DNA from: Rhizaria sp. SCN 62-66
Lineage: Eukaryota
NCBI GenBank assembly: GCA_001724265.1
Contig: MEDY01000078.1
Coordinates: 124,001-182,146 of the forward strand
Direction: 5' to 3'
Length of the DNA stretch: 58,146 nt
Below the pieces are notes generated by a model. That model was not told the DNA's origin. It made no database searches and was given only the letters and a program-made list of their open reading frames with translations. Position numbers and translations under genes: made by a program. Below, in pieces: positions 34,241 through 46,641 of this stretch. Each line of letters opens with the position of its first letter. The first letter of the stretch is position 1.

Positions 34241-37200
34241 ATGTCCGCGGATCAAGGAGGCGGTTTGGTACGTATGCTGCCCGCTTTTGTGTCTCTGCTC
34301 GTTTGCTTACCCGTAGCTCTACCGTCTTGTAAGACCCCCGCTGCCAACCGTTGGCCTGTGTCGCAATGCATACGTTTTCTACAAAGCACTCTAGCAACAC
34401 ATACTCCGCTTGTAATAACATATCTGCGCACTATGACAAATTTAAGTCCATACGATTTATAATCTCCAACCTCATTGTGTCATCATGACGTTTATCTCAC
34501 CCAGTTGTGCTAATCGTGTTCACCCTTGAACACACAACACTTGCCTTTGATCTTCCCGCACAATCTCCCCTCTCGCTTTGCTACCACTGGTGATCCTACA
34601 GCCTCAACTCTTCGTGCTAGCGCCGAAGTTGCACGACGCTGGCCCCGTCAAGGTGGCCTGGTCCCCCACCAGCACCATGCTCGCCACCTGCGGCCGCAAC
34701 AACACCGTCCACGTGTTCTACCGCAGCGGAGAGCTCTACCACGAATTCATGCTCAACAACCCCGTACGTCTTTACCCATAACGACAAAACAAAAGTGCAC
34801 GATTTGATTCTACCACATTATATCATATACTCTTGGTTTATTCCCCCAAGCTCTCTATTATCGCTAACTCACACCTCCTGTATTTTATTCTTCTTTTGCA
34901 CTCTGCGGCCACTACTCGACCGCAGTCGCCCGTTCTGTTCCTGAAGTGGGACTGCGAGGGCGAGACCCTGGCCGTGATGCAGCACAACTGCGCCTCGCTG
35001 ACTCTCTTCTCTCTCAGTCTCAAGTCCCTGACCGCGGTCGACACTGGCAACAAAGACGGCACGTTCCTCTCCTGGTCTAAGACTGCCCCCGTGCTGGCCG
35101 TGGGCACCAGCAAGGGCGCGCTGGTCCTCTACAACCACGCCACGCAGGCCAAGTGGACGCTCCAGGGCAAGCACGCGGGCGCCATCACCGGCGGCGACTG
35201 GTCCGCTGATGGACGCCTCGCGCTCTGCGGTTCCGAAAAATCCTTCACCGTGTCCGACGCGGCGGGTAACACGCTGCTCACGGTCCCGCTCAAGCACGCG
35301 CCGTCTGCGCTGCAGTTTTCGGCGCAGAAGGCCGACGCCGCCGCGCGCCGCTCCCCGGGCTCCGCCGCCGGCCACGGCCTCGGCGGCGGCGTTAACGGCG
35401 CCAGCGGCGGCGGTGCGGGGGCAAATGGCGGCGGCGCCAATGGACTGCAGCAAAGCGACTCTACGGTGAGTCTTGTGCTTTCGGGTCAGACAATCCTGCT
35501 GCACTCGTCGACGGACACGACTGAGACGCCGATCGAGCTCGCATTCCAACCGCGCTACGGCGAGATCAAGACCTTCTCCTGGTTCGGCGACGGCTACGTG
35601 CTGGTGGGCTTCGCGTCGGGCGCCGTCGTCGCGCTGTCGAGTCACATGGCCGAGATCCGCGGCGAGATGCAGTCGCTCAAGGTCCACGGCCAGCGGCTCA
35701 ACGACCTGGCCTTCTCGCCCGTGCTGCATAAGGTCGCCTCGGTCGGCGACGACGGGCTCCGCATCCTCGACGTCAGCAACGCAGCGCAGTGGCAGCCGCT
35801 GGCGCACGAGTCCTGCGCCTTCCCGCCCTCGCAGGGCGAGCCCGTCACCGCGGTCTGGTCCCCCGACGGCCAGATTCTCACCGTGTCGACTGTGCTGGGC
35901 GCCGTCGTGTCGTTCCTCGCTTCGGTGCCGCTGGTCGGCGCCGCCAACGCGTCCGCGCAACATCTGGCGTACGTGTCGTCGCTGCGCCGTGTGACCGTGG
36001 CGTCGGTGGCAGACCCTGCACCCGCGACGGGCGCGTTCCCGCCGGCGCTCGTGGCGCGGCTGCACATCGACGTTGCCGTCGAGCCCTCGCTCGTCGCGCT
36101 GGGGCCCAACCAGGTCGCCGTCGGTATGAACAACTTCGTGTGGTTCTACAACGTCGCGCAGGACAGCTCGAGCAACGCTGCGGCCGATGGCGTGGGGGCA
36201 CTTAGTCAGGATGTAAGTAGCAGCAGCACGACGGCGCGGCGCGTGATGGGCCAGATGGATTTCCAGGCCCCCGTGACCAAACTCGAGCTCACCGCGACTT
36301 ACGCCGCCGCACTCACCGAAGACCGGCGGCTTGTGATGCGCTCGCTCCAAGCCATCGCTGCCATGTTCAATAGCAACAGCAACAACAACAATAGCGCGGG
36401 GGTTACTGCTGGTGGTGCTGGCGGGATGATGCTTGATGCGTCTGCGTTCTCGGGTCCCGGACACGAGCTGATGCTGCCCGACGTCACTGCCTTCTCGCTG
36501 TCGCCGACGCTGCTGACGTACGCCACCGCGGACGGCGTGGTCCACATCTTTCACCTCGCGGAGTGGACCCGCCTCGGCGAGTACCGCCTCCCCAGCACCA
36601 ACCCCAACCCCAACTCCAACATCAACGGCAACAACGGGAGCGGGAACCATAACGACGCGTCGACCGCGGTTGTGGTGGGCCTGTACCCGAACCCTGCAGG
36701 CACCAAGGCCGTCGTCGTCGACTCGGCTGCGCGCGCGCACGTGCTACTGGCGAGCGAGGACGCGTGGGTCGAGACGCCCGCGTTTCCGGCCACGGCTGAC
36801 GCCGTGCTGTGGGACGTTCATGCCGACTGCGCGGGCACCATCTTCGCCGTCGTCGACGTCGCCGCCGCGCGCCGCGTGCACACCTACGCGCTCGAGCCGC
36901 TCGTCGTTGCGGGCGCCGCGGTTGGGCCCTGCGTGTCGCTGGTGTCGAGCACGGACAATTTCCCCGCGCGCTACGCCCCGCTGCTGCTGCGCGGCGGCGT
37001 GCTCCACGGCATCCTCGCCGGCGCGCCGACCCGCACGCAGGCCATCTGTCTGCACTCGCACCGCGCCTGCTACCCGGCCTTCAACTCCTCCGCGCTGCGC
37101 AACCTGCTCGGGCTGACCGAGTTCGCGTCGCCACACCTCTGCTCGCTCGCGCTCGCGCCCGCGCCGGCCGTGGCGCGCGTGCTGGACCCCGCCGAGTGGG

Positions 37201-40165
37201 TCGCCGCCGCGCTCGAGCTGGCCGCGCTGGGCCGCATCAGGGAGGCCTGGGCCGTGCTGCGCGGGGTTGAGCCTGCCAAGGACACCGTGCGCGTGCTCAC
37301 CACCATCCACGCCGCCAGTAACAACAGCCTCAACAACAACTCTGCAGATAATGCTGCCAATGGCAACAGCACGGGGCTGGCCGGCACGGTGCCTGCGGCC
37401 GTGGCGAACGACCCGCACGTGCGCGTGATGCTCGCCGCTCTGCGCACGCTCAACATCGACATCGCGCTCTCCATCGCGGGGCTGCTCAAGGACACGGCAC
37501 GCGCCGCCGCGCTGTCCCGCCTGGTCGGCATCGACGACTGCGAGCTCGTCGCCGGCTTCGTGCAGCTGCTGAACGGCGACCTCAACGCCGCGCAGCACCT
37601 CTTCCTGCGCTCGTCGCGGCCCGAGGAGGCGGTGTTGATGCGCTGCGACGCGCAACATTGGCCCCAGGCGCTCAAGCTCGCGCCCACCTGCGCGCCGCTG
37701 CTGGTGGCCGAGGCGTCGCGCCGCTGCGCGCAGCAGGCTGAGTTCCGCGGTGACACGGACCAGGCGCTGACGCACTACCGCACCGCGCTCGACGAGTACA
37801 ACCGGCGCCTCGCGACCGCCGCGGCCGCCGGGCTGACGGGCGCTGAGGTGGCCTCGCTGCGGTCGGGTCGGCTGCTCGCGCTGGGCGGACTTGCGCGCGC
37901 GACGGCGCGGCACGGCGACGTCATCGCGGCCGTCCGGCTGGCGCACCAGGCCGCGGACCGCACGCTCTACCGGGAGCTGGCCGCGCTGCTCGAGGGCATG
38001 CGGCTGTGGACCGACGCCTCGGAGCTGCACGTGGCCGCGGGCGATGCGGACCGCGCTGTGCTGGCGCTCATCAACGCCAAGGCCTTCGCCAAGGCCACGC
38101 CGCTCATCGCGCAGGTCTCCACGCCAAAGGTTCTCCTGGCGTACGCCAAGGCCATGGAGGCGACCAAGAACTACGCGGAGGCCGCCGGTGCGTACGAGCG
38201 TGCGCATGATATTGTCGCCATTGTGCGGCTGCTGCTCAGTGCCAATGCGGGGCTCAATGACCCACAGAGGGCGATTGCGCTCGTCCGGCGCACCAGGTAT
38301 GGCTATGATGATGATATGTTGTAAGATGACTGTGATTGTGCAGATGGACAACTGTCGATCTTGAACTTGGATGTATCTGCGAGAACCACTATGTTTTGTT
38401 TATTCAATTGTATTGTCAAATTGACATGCTCATATTCCATTGGTATATTGGTCTTTTTTTTTGCTCTTGTTTCTTCACATCACAGGCATGCTGAGGCCGC
38501 TGTGGCAGTTGCTGATTACTGCGCCAGCGCATCAGACTTTGGCGCCGCCGTTGAGTTCCTCATGCTCGCCAAGCAGCCGGGTCGCGCCTTTGACCTTGCT
38601 CGGTACGTCTCTTCATGTAATAGCTGTCCAGCTTTATAGTTGGCTTGAAACTTTTTTACCCAATGTATCTTTTCACCACGGGCCTTGCAAACATTATTTC
38701 CAACGCCAAATCGCTTACCGTGTGCTTGTATGTTGCCATTTTGTATCCCGATTTAGCCGCCACAACAAGGTTGCTGAGTATGGCGCCGCCCTGGGCCGCA
38801 ATGGCACTCTGGAGGACTACGCCGCAGTCGCCGCGCACTTCGAGGCCGCGGGCGACTGGGGCAACGCGGGACGCTACTGCGTCAAGGCCGAGCGCTGGGC
38901 GCCCGCTGTCACTGCCGGTTTGCGCTGTGGCACCAGTGAAGGCATCCAGATTGCCATCGACGCAGTGCGCGCGGCCCACGAGCGCGAGGACCCTACGTAC
39001 GCGCAACTGGCCAAGACCATCCACGACCACATCCTCCACATCTCCAGCGCCAACGCCAGTACGGGCGCGGGTGCGGGGACGCCGGGCGCGAGCGCGAGCG
39101 ATATGCGGCTTGTGCTGCAGCTCTACTTTGCCATTGGCGAGCACCACCAGGTACGTCTTGAATCGAGGGAGGAAGAAAATAGTCCACCAAATGTGATGTA
39201 TCTCAACCAAATAACACGTTAGCAAGAATATTTTGTTATTTTCGTATTTTAATGTGGATTATATATTTATTCGTACGTTTTCAAATTGATTCTCACTTAT
39301 CTTCGTGTCCTATACCTCATGTATTCCTATTCGCTTATCGCAGGCTGCGGTGACGGCTGTGGCGATCGCGAGCGAGGAGCAGCGCCAGGGCGCGTACCCG
39401 GCGGCGCACTCGCTGCTGCTGGACACGACGCTGCAGCTTGCGCGGCGCGGTGTGCGCGCCCCCGTGGAACTGGACCGCGCGCTGCAGGTGCTGCACAGCT
39501 ACCTCACGGTCAAGCGGTGGGTCAAGCGCGGCGACCACGCGACGGCGGCGATGCTGCTGGCGCGCGTGTCGCGCAACATCGCCGCGTTCCCGCTGCACAC
39601 GGTGCCGATCTTGACGTCGACGGTCGTCGAGTGTCAGCGCGCGGGCTTCAAGCGCACGTCGAGCGAGTTCGCCGCGATGCTGGCCAAGCCCGAGTACCGG
39701 CAGCTCGTGATCGAGAAGTACCGCAAGAAGATCGAGCTGCTCGCGCGGCGGCCCGAGACGGAGGAGGAGCCGCAGCCGGCGCCGCCGTGCCCGTACTGCG
39801 CGGCGCCGCTGCCGCAGGGCGTGCTCGACTGCCCATCCTGCTCCAACTCTGTGCCGTGGTGTGTGGCCTCGGGCCGCCACGTCGTCGCAGACGACCTCTG
39901 CCAGTGCCCCGGCTGCGGCTTCCCCGCCACGGCGAGTCTGTTCCGCGAGACGCTGGCCGAGGAGCAGTGCTGTCCTATGTGCGCGACGCCCGTGCCGGCC
40001 GCCTCGGTGGTCACCATGTCGCCGGGCGCCGTGAGGGAGTGGCTGGCTGCGGGGGCGCCGCTGGCCAAGGGCACTCTGTCCGCCGCCGCCGCCGCCGCCG
40101 CCGCGGGTGACGGCGCGCAGGGGCAGGGCCTGCGGGCTGTGGGCGGGGAGGTGGAGTACCAGTGA
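34241..40165 (+). CDS. WDR19: WD repeat protein 19 / IFT144 (IFT-A subunit); exons 34241-34267, 34602-34763, 34926-38296, 38486-38602, 38757-39150, 39344-40165
   Basis: PIELAFQPRYGEIKTFSWFGDGYVLVGFASG, WSPDGQILTVST, VEPSLVALGP..AVGMNN, TPR-like repeats, LHSYLTVK..VKRGDH, FPLHTVPILTSTVVECQRAG and a C-terminal Cys-rich zinc finger. All five GT-AG introns keep the frame; ends TGA. Confidence 0.93.
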
Positions 40166-41008
40166 GGCGGGCCGAGTACGCGTGATACCCACGAATGCCG
40201 AATGCTGACTACCTGACAGACCGAGATGGAGAACAAACCGGCCAGGTGTACTGCTTAAGCCGACTACTGGATGCACGAGTATCCCGCAAGGGGGTGAATA
40301 GTGGCTATATATGAGAATTTGATGTATTTTCATTGTTTTGATGTGACGCTTTTCAATATTGAAGCGAACGTCGCCAACACTATACAATACTTTGACATTT
40401 TAAGTGCGTTGCAGAATCTTAACAACTGAGCTTTTAGATGGAGATATGTATTCACGCAATATTAGAAACGTAGAAATAACAACATACAAGTTGGCTGCCA
40501 CATAACCTGAGCCTAAGACCGTATATCCGAGAAGTCAAACCCAACTCAGCGTGTATCGTGCGCTAAAAAATTGCTCAGTCATTTCATTGCCTAAGGACTT
40601 GACACAAATATTGTTCGTTCCACAAAGGAGTTTGATCCGTGATGACTGTTTAACATTGAACTGTGTTTTATTACTCTTGTGAAACGGGTTTGTTTGATGC
40701 ATATGCTTACAGCTATCGTAAACATGTATTCGTACGTCGAATCATCGTGACAGTTAATGGGGATATCGTACTGTCTATATAGACGCAGAACGTGAAGAGA
40801 ACTAATTTGAATCTTGATCTAAATGTGAAAGACTTTCAGTTGCCTTGAAATCTCTCATACTCTGCGATATGTAGCATCGTTTCAAAGGAAGCGACCGTAG
40901 TTTTGGGAAAGCGTTTGCATTCTTGACACTTAGTCAATGTAGAAACATCACAGGTCGTATTAGTATTACACGCAAATGGGACATGTGTTGTGGACTCTCT
41001 ACACCCGT

Positions 41009-44000
41009 TCACAGCATCACCTTGGCGTCTGTAAACTTTTCGACACCGCTGACTGTAGCAAGGAACGCAGCCATCTTGTCGAGGTACGCGTCGACGCGGC
41101 GCGTGCCAACGCGGCGCACAAAGCTCAGCAAGTCGTCGTCCACCATGTAGTCGATCGACAAGTAACCATTGCAGATAAAGAACGCAAACGTTGGAACGAG
41201 CATGCTTAGCATGTCGGGCTGACTCTCAAAGTCTTCGACGACGTACATGTGAAGCATGCGCACGGCGACCTGCACGGCTTTCTTGGACAGCATCTTGTTC
41301 AGGATAAGTAGGCGCCAAAACGCCATGAGATCGTTGAACTTGGCTCCCAGACTCCCGTTTGAGACTGCGGCGGCGATTGGTACGGTCACTGCAGTCATCA
41401 TCAACAGGCTGTCGCTGCCCGCAAGCCCGAGGCCAATGAGCTGCGTCCTGAGCGCGCCAAAGTCGCGGCTCTCGAAGTACTGGTCGAGGATGACCTTCAT
41501 CTTCTCCTCCACAGCCTGGGCCGCCGGCTCCTCGAGCTCGGAGTAGTCGGTGTCGGAGTCGTCCGCGTGGAGGGGCAAGACCGCGCCAGCGTCCACGCCT
41601 ACCCTTACCGTGGCCACGACCTTGACGTTGGACTTAGGCTTAGGCTTACTGAGACTCGTCCAAAAGTCTTCTGAGACATTGCGAGCCGGAGGGGTTGCAC
41701 CGCGTTTTGCTGTGACATCGCGAGTCGGAGGAGTCGCACTGCGCCTTGCCTCTCTCCGTCCCGATTGCATGCTCTCGGTGCCGCGACCGCCACGGGTCAC
41801 GTTGCCGTCCTTCTTCTTCGCCTTGTCGTCACTGCCACACTCTTCGCCCGGGGGCGTACGAGTAACAGGGGCTGCTGTTTTAGCAGACCGCGGTGAGTTG
41901 CCGGGCCGGACCCAGTTGTTGCGTGGAAGCGCGACGACGTCAACGATGGCTTTGCGATTATCTGAGTTCAAACGGTCAGTATCACGGATGGTGGCAACAC
42001 CCTCAAGACGCGCCATCATGGCGTCGAGCTGGCCCTGCCACTCGGGATTCCGGGTCACGTTGTCGTCCTTCTTCTTGACCTTGTCGTCACTGCCACACTC
42101 TTCGCCCGGGGGCGTACGAGTAACAGGGGCTGCTGTTTTAGCAGCCCGCGGTGAGTTGCCGGGCAGGACCCAGTTGTTGCGTGCAAGCGCGACGACGTCA
42201 ACGATGGCTTTGCGATTATCTGAGTTCAAACGGGTAGTATCACGGATGGTGGCAATAGCCTCAAGACGCGCCATCATGGCGTCGAGCTGGCCCTGCCACT
42301 CGGGATTCCTGGCATTGACGAAGAGATGGCCCGTGTTGGTGAGGAAGCGGCAAAAACGTCCCATGACGTCCCCGATAATCATCTGGTCGTTGGCGGGCTG
42401 CCAGTTGGTCTCACCGGCCTGGGGCATGTTAAGCGACGTGGCGGACATAAACAGAGTGGCGATGCAGTTGCGCACGAAGTCGACGGCCAGCACGTTGCTG
42501 CCCAGGGAGAGCTCACCAAAGAAGCGCACCAAGCTAAAAAAGCGATCACGTGACAGCAACAGCTTCCTCGTGGCGTCGGCATCGTTGGCCGCTGCCTTGG
42601 TCTCCTCCTTGGTGGGGTACTTGTACTCGTCGAGCTTCTCCTGGCACATAAGCAACAGGAGACGACGGAACAGCTCGCTGACATTCGTATTGTCCTGCTT
42701 CGACTGCATCCTCTCGACCTTACCATCCCACAGGTGCTTGCACAGCGACGCGCACGCGGGCGCATACAGTGAATTGTTAATGACCTTCTCGAACACAACC
42801 GTAACGATCTGGTTCAGGAGCTCCTCGTTGGAGATGTGCATCTTTAGGATATAGTCAGACAGCTCCTTCAGTTTCGCAGTTGTAGGCATGTCTAGCACCT
42901 GGCTGACTTGACGCAGCATATTAGCTCCAACTTTATCGATCGATTGACCGCAACTCCTCGTGTTACACGAACGCTCTTGAAGCATCTGGTCTTTGAGATC
43001 AATGCAGTCGGCATCAGGGTTGTTCACGCTCAGCTCTGGCTTAGTGTTCAAACACGTCGCTGTTTTAGGACGAGCCTTGGGCTCGGCCTTGTCAGAGTCG
43101 GAGTCCAACACGGTGTCACTCTGCTTCTTGGTGGGGAGCTCGTGCTCACTGACCCTCTTTTGGCACTCAAACGAGACAACGTTGTGGGGAAACACACCGT
43201 CCTCTTCGTCGCGTTTACCCGGCTGCGTCGCCTTATCCACCGCCTCAGACTGCTGTTGAGCCAAGTGAACAGACATGTCCTGCAGGCGCTCGCAGAGTGA
43301 CGTGCCCACGGGCAAAAAGTGCGGCTCACCAATCGACTTGTTCGACACGACGGACACATTCCGGCGCAGCTGCTCTTCGCCTGCAATGTTCAACATGAAC
43401 AGCTTTTCGATGTTGCTGTCAGTAGGCTCGTTCAGAAGCTCACGCACAATCTCGGTGAACGCATCTTCGTCGGCTAACTTGTTCCGAAACGTAGACGCCT
43501 CGGAGTCCGCCTTGTCAGCGGCAGGCGAAGAATCAACCACGGAGCCCTGCGGCAAACATGTCGTCACTGTCGTCGCCACTCCGGTAGGATCGAACGCTAG
43601 GTCAGGAGCGCGCTCAACCTCGTGACTCTGCTGCGTCTCGAAGGTCTCCGCAGAAGTTGCAGTGGCAGTTGAGAGCGTTGAGTCGAGCGCGCCAACAGTG
43701 CTGGAGCTCTGAACCGGTTCAGTCACTTCTGCATGTGCTATATCCGCCTCTGTCACGGAAGACGTCGGGTCAGTGGCCTGAACGACGTCGGGGCTCTCAG
43801 TCAGCTCAGCCTCCTCCTCAGCCTTCTTGGCAGCGGCAGCCTCCTCCTCAGCCTTCTTGGCAGCGGTGGCCTCATCCTCGGCCTGAGCCTTGGCGGCAGC
43901 CTCGGCCTCAGCAGCAGCCTTCGCATCAGCAGCCTCCTCCTCACCCTTCTTGGCGGCAGCGGCAGCAGCGGCAGCTTCCTCCTCAGCCTTCTTGGCGGCG

Positions 44001-44182
44001 GCGGCTTCAGCAGCGGCCTTGGCCTCAGCCTCGGCCTTAGCCTTAGCGGCGGCAGCCTCCTCCTCAGCCTTGATGCGAGCAGCCTCAGCCTCCGCAGCAG
44101 CCTTAGCCTCAGCAGCAGCCTTAGCCTCGTTCGCTTCTGCCACGGTCGAGGAGGACGTTGAATCTTGAGAAGCAGTCTCGGC
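41009..44182 (-). CDS. Divergent eIF4G-like protein (MIF4G plus MA3-like domain) with an N-terminal Ala/Glu/Lys repeat; 5' exon(s) unresolved
   Basis: IVTVVFEK, LFRRLLLLMCQ, VRFFGEL and DVVALARNNW follow the eIF4G MIF4G pattern; VILDQYFESRDF is MA3-like. Likely acceptor ACAACAG just above 44182; ends TGA. Confidence 0.75.
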   Translation of the reverse strand, partial: AETASQDSTSSSTVAEANEAKAAAEAKAAAEAEAARIKAEEEAAAAKAKAEAEAKAAAEAAAAKKAEEEAAAAAAAAKKGEEEAADAKAAAEAEAAAKAQAEDEATAAKKAEEEAAAAKKAEEEAELTESPDVVQATDPTSSVTEADIAHAEVTEPVQSSSTVGALDSTLSTATATSAETFETQQSHEVERAPDLAFDPTGVATTVTTCLPQGSVVDSSPAADKADSEASTFRNKLADEDAFTEIVRELLNEPTDSNIEKLFMLNIAGEEQLRRNVSVVSNKSIGEPHFLPVGTSLCERLQDMSVHLAQQQSEAVDKATQPGKRDEEDGVFPHNVVSFECQKRVSEHELPTKKQSDTVLDSDSDKAEPKARPKTATCLNTKPELSVNNPDADCIDLKDQMLQERSCNTRSCGQSIDKVGANMLRQVSQVLDMPTTAKLKELSDYILKMHISNEELLNQIVTVVFEKVINNSLYAPACASLCKHLWDGKVERMQSKQDNTNVSELFRRLLLLMCQEKLDEYKYPTKEETKAAANDADATRKLLLSRDRFFSLVRFFGELSLGSNVLAVDFVRNCIATLFMSATSLNMPQAGETNWQPANDQMIIGDVMGRFCRFLTNTGHLFVNARNPEWQGQLDAMMARLEAIATIRDTTRLNSDNRKAIVDVVALARNNWVLPGNSPRAAKTAAPVTRTPPGEECGSDDKVKKKDDNVTRNPEWQGQLDAMMARLEGVATIRDTDRLNSDNRKAIVDVVALPRNNWVRPGNSPRSAKTAAPVTRTPPGEECGSDDKAKKKDGNVTRGGRGTESMQSGRREARRSATPPTRDVTAKRGATPPARNVSEDFWTSLSKPKPKSNVKVVATVRVGVDAGAVLPLHADDSDTDYSELEEPAAQAVEEKMKVILDQYFESRDFGALRTQLIGLGLAGSDSLLMMTAVTVPIAAAVSNGSLGAKFNDLMAFWRLLILNKMLSKKAVQVAVRMLHMYVVEDFESQPDMLSMLVPTFAFFICNGYLSIDYMVDDDLLSFVRRVGTRRVDAYLDKMAAFLATVSGVEKFTDAKVML
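41793..42308. repeat. 258-bp (86-codon) near-identical tandem duplication inside the eIF4G-like CDS
   Basis: Copies at 41793-42050 and 42051-42308, both encoding NPEWQGQLDAMMARLE...DDK.KKKD.NVTR. Confidence 0.95.
43800..44130 (-). repeat. Coding minisatellite of AEAKAAA / AAAKKAEEE units
   Basis: Repeated gcctcctcctcagccttcttggc(a/g)gc and gccttagcctc units on the + strand. Confidence 0.85.
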
Positions 44183-45386
44183 CTGTTGTGTTGTTTGAAG
44201 TAGTAGAGCGTCATAAAAACGTGTTGATATTCGATGATATCTTAGATATATAGATGCGAAATGCGTGGTAGTACATGTACATTGAACCTGGGTAACCTCG
44301 TCTGTGTCTTGCAAAGCGTGTCCAGGAAACAGTTTGATGGGCAGATGGCTATAGTTCAGGTATTCGTACCATCAAGCAACTCTCACCAGTAGTCACCGGT
44401 CTATCATCATACGATGTAACAGAAGAGTTGCCGCAGAGTTTCTCTGCAACTTCTTCTGACATAGAATAACTAGGTTTGTTGCAGTGCGAGTTTGGCCACA
44501 TTAGGTGATTTAGGATGCGGAATTAAGAATGCAGATTGTGAGCTATATTTGTTGCTGTTGGTGGAGATAAATTAGTAAAATATATCATATAGCACTTTAA
44601 GTAGGGATTCATTACTGAAACGCTGAACATAAAGTAGTATTCTGTGTTTATGAAGTTTGTAATGTCCCGTTGACTCGACGCCTGACGAGTCCAGAGAACT
44701 TTGTTGGTTGCCAGCAGCCAGTCCCGCCTCAACATGCGGGTCCGCTAATAGTCCAGCAAGCTCAGATCATCGTCATTCTTGTGACATATACATATGTGCG
44801 AGTTTGTCCTCAGAAATAATTAATTATCTGTAATGTGTCCGTTATTAATGTTGTTTAGACATTGATTTGTACGATCTTGCGTTGTATTAGCACATGCATG
44901 TTGTGATAATGTCATTTCGCGCCATTTGACTGTGGCAGTCACTAAGGCTTCACTGGCCGTGGGCTCATCACCATCGCCTTTCTAAATCAAAAATTATACA
45001 CCACTAAAAACGTCAATACGTACCGTGTGTGTAACGTTGATTTCCTGCGTCTTCTACGATACCTCCGCTCCGCTATGGGCCCTTTAGCCCGGCCGAATAA
45101 AATCACCATGGTCACAACTGTGACCATGGTGTGTGGTTCTGTACGTCAGTGAGCATGAATGAAATCATCGCGCATTAAGAGAATGATTCGAGTTCACGTA
45201 AAATGTGCGACACTGTTAAAACAAAGGAAAAACTATGTAGAGAAAAAGTTGCGCAACAAGAACAAAGTATGCGACCGACGCAAACTGCAATGCGTGCTTT
45301 TGAATCGCGCGTCAGAGGGTGCGATAGACGCACCGGAGCCATGTCGGCACTGTCTGGAATAGATTATTGTGATGTGATATAATAAA

Positions 45387-46102
45387 TTACTTCTTGGCGC
45401 CCTTAGCAAGATCCTTCTTGACCTCCTCGGCGAACTTCTTGCCAGCCTGGAGAACGATAAGAAACAAATACAATAACAAATGGGACATTGAAACACAAAG
45501 ATGAGATCTGATCAGCATGTAACTACAGAGGATTATACTTCCATATAAGCCTCATAAAAGGGTTATGAATCAGCGTGGTAGCTTCTCAGTAATGTGGCTA
45601 AATTTACGATTCAGTCCCAAGCCCGAGATAAGGTGTGTTTCGTGCGTACCTCAGAGGCGACATGGGAGGCCTTGCGGGCAAGGCTCTTGGCCTTAAGCAG
45701 CGTCGGGTGGTTAGGGTCCAACAGGGGGTCGCTACGGCTATAGAAGCACGGAAGCGGAGTCAAATGGATCGCATCAAACAAACGAAGCGAAAAGGAGTCA
45801 AGGGATGAGAAGGTATGAGATGAGAGTTGAAAGCAAGCAAAGTCGTCACATGGAAACATATATCCAAGTGGTCAAAATAAAATACAGCAGCATCTGGCAG
45901 ATAAGCGAGTTTAGTGGTTAGATGTGGTCATTGTGCCGACGTACAGGTGCAAGTAGCGTGGGTCGTTGGGGTTGCGGATGCGAGTCACCACCTCGTGGGT
46001 CTTCTCCGCGAGCTTCTTCATCGCGGGCGTCTCCGCGAGGCGCTTAGTGAGCTCGCCCTCGGAGGCGTGCAGAGCGTCGTTGAACAGACGGCGCCAGAGC
46101 AT
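45387..46102 (-). CDS. Small (~101 aa) NCBP2AS2-like protein; exons 46102-45945, 45737-45650, 45446-45387
   Basis: Two GTACG...AG introns give MLWRRLFNDALHASEGELTKRLAETPAMKKLAEKTHEVVTRIRNPNDPRYLHLRSDPLLDPNHPTLLKAKSLARKASHVASEAGKKFAEEVKKDLAKGAKK-TAA. The N-terminal L..RLAE.P.M...A..T pattern and the F.EE.K end recall NCBP2AS2. The gene model is firmer than the family call. Confidence 0.65.
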
Positions 46103-46641
46103 ATCGGGGTACTGAGTGGGGTGACGCAGGAGGTCGGTGCGGGGGGGGGGGGGGGGTTGGTGAGTTGGGAGCAAGGGGTGCTGATGTAGGTGATAACGGC
46201 AAAGTCGCAAAGGATAAATAAAGGTGAATACTCGCAATGCAAGAATATGTTCGGATGTTGGAAATTTAGCCCACGTTATCGATTGGAAGTGCGTTTACTG
46301 GGATGCTTTTTTGCATTGCTCGAGAGTCTTGCTCGTTGTGGCTGCGACAGCTGGCCCAAAGCGGTGTTTCTGAACAACTCCCGTTTATCACCCAAACCAC
46401 CATCAATAAGCCTGTCGCTCGAACTGCAAACTGATATGTGCTTTTGCTTATATATTATCTTTTAATATTACTTCAACTCACCGTCTTCCTACTCTAACAC
46501 CACATTGCCGTGATCCGCTCTCCACAGCTCCCAACTCAACCACCAACTTCCCCATCGCACTCCTCGTTCGCACGCACGCAGCTTTACACACAGCATCAAG
46601 TTTACCCGTGCCCGGCATCCAGCGCTTTGCGTTGCGTCCTT

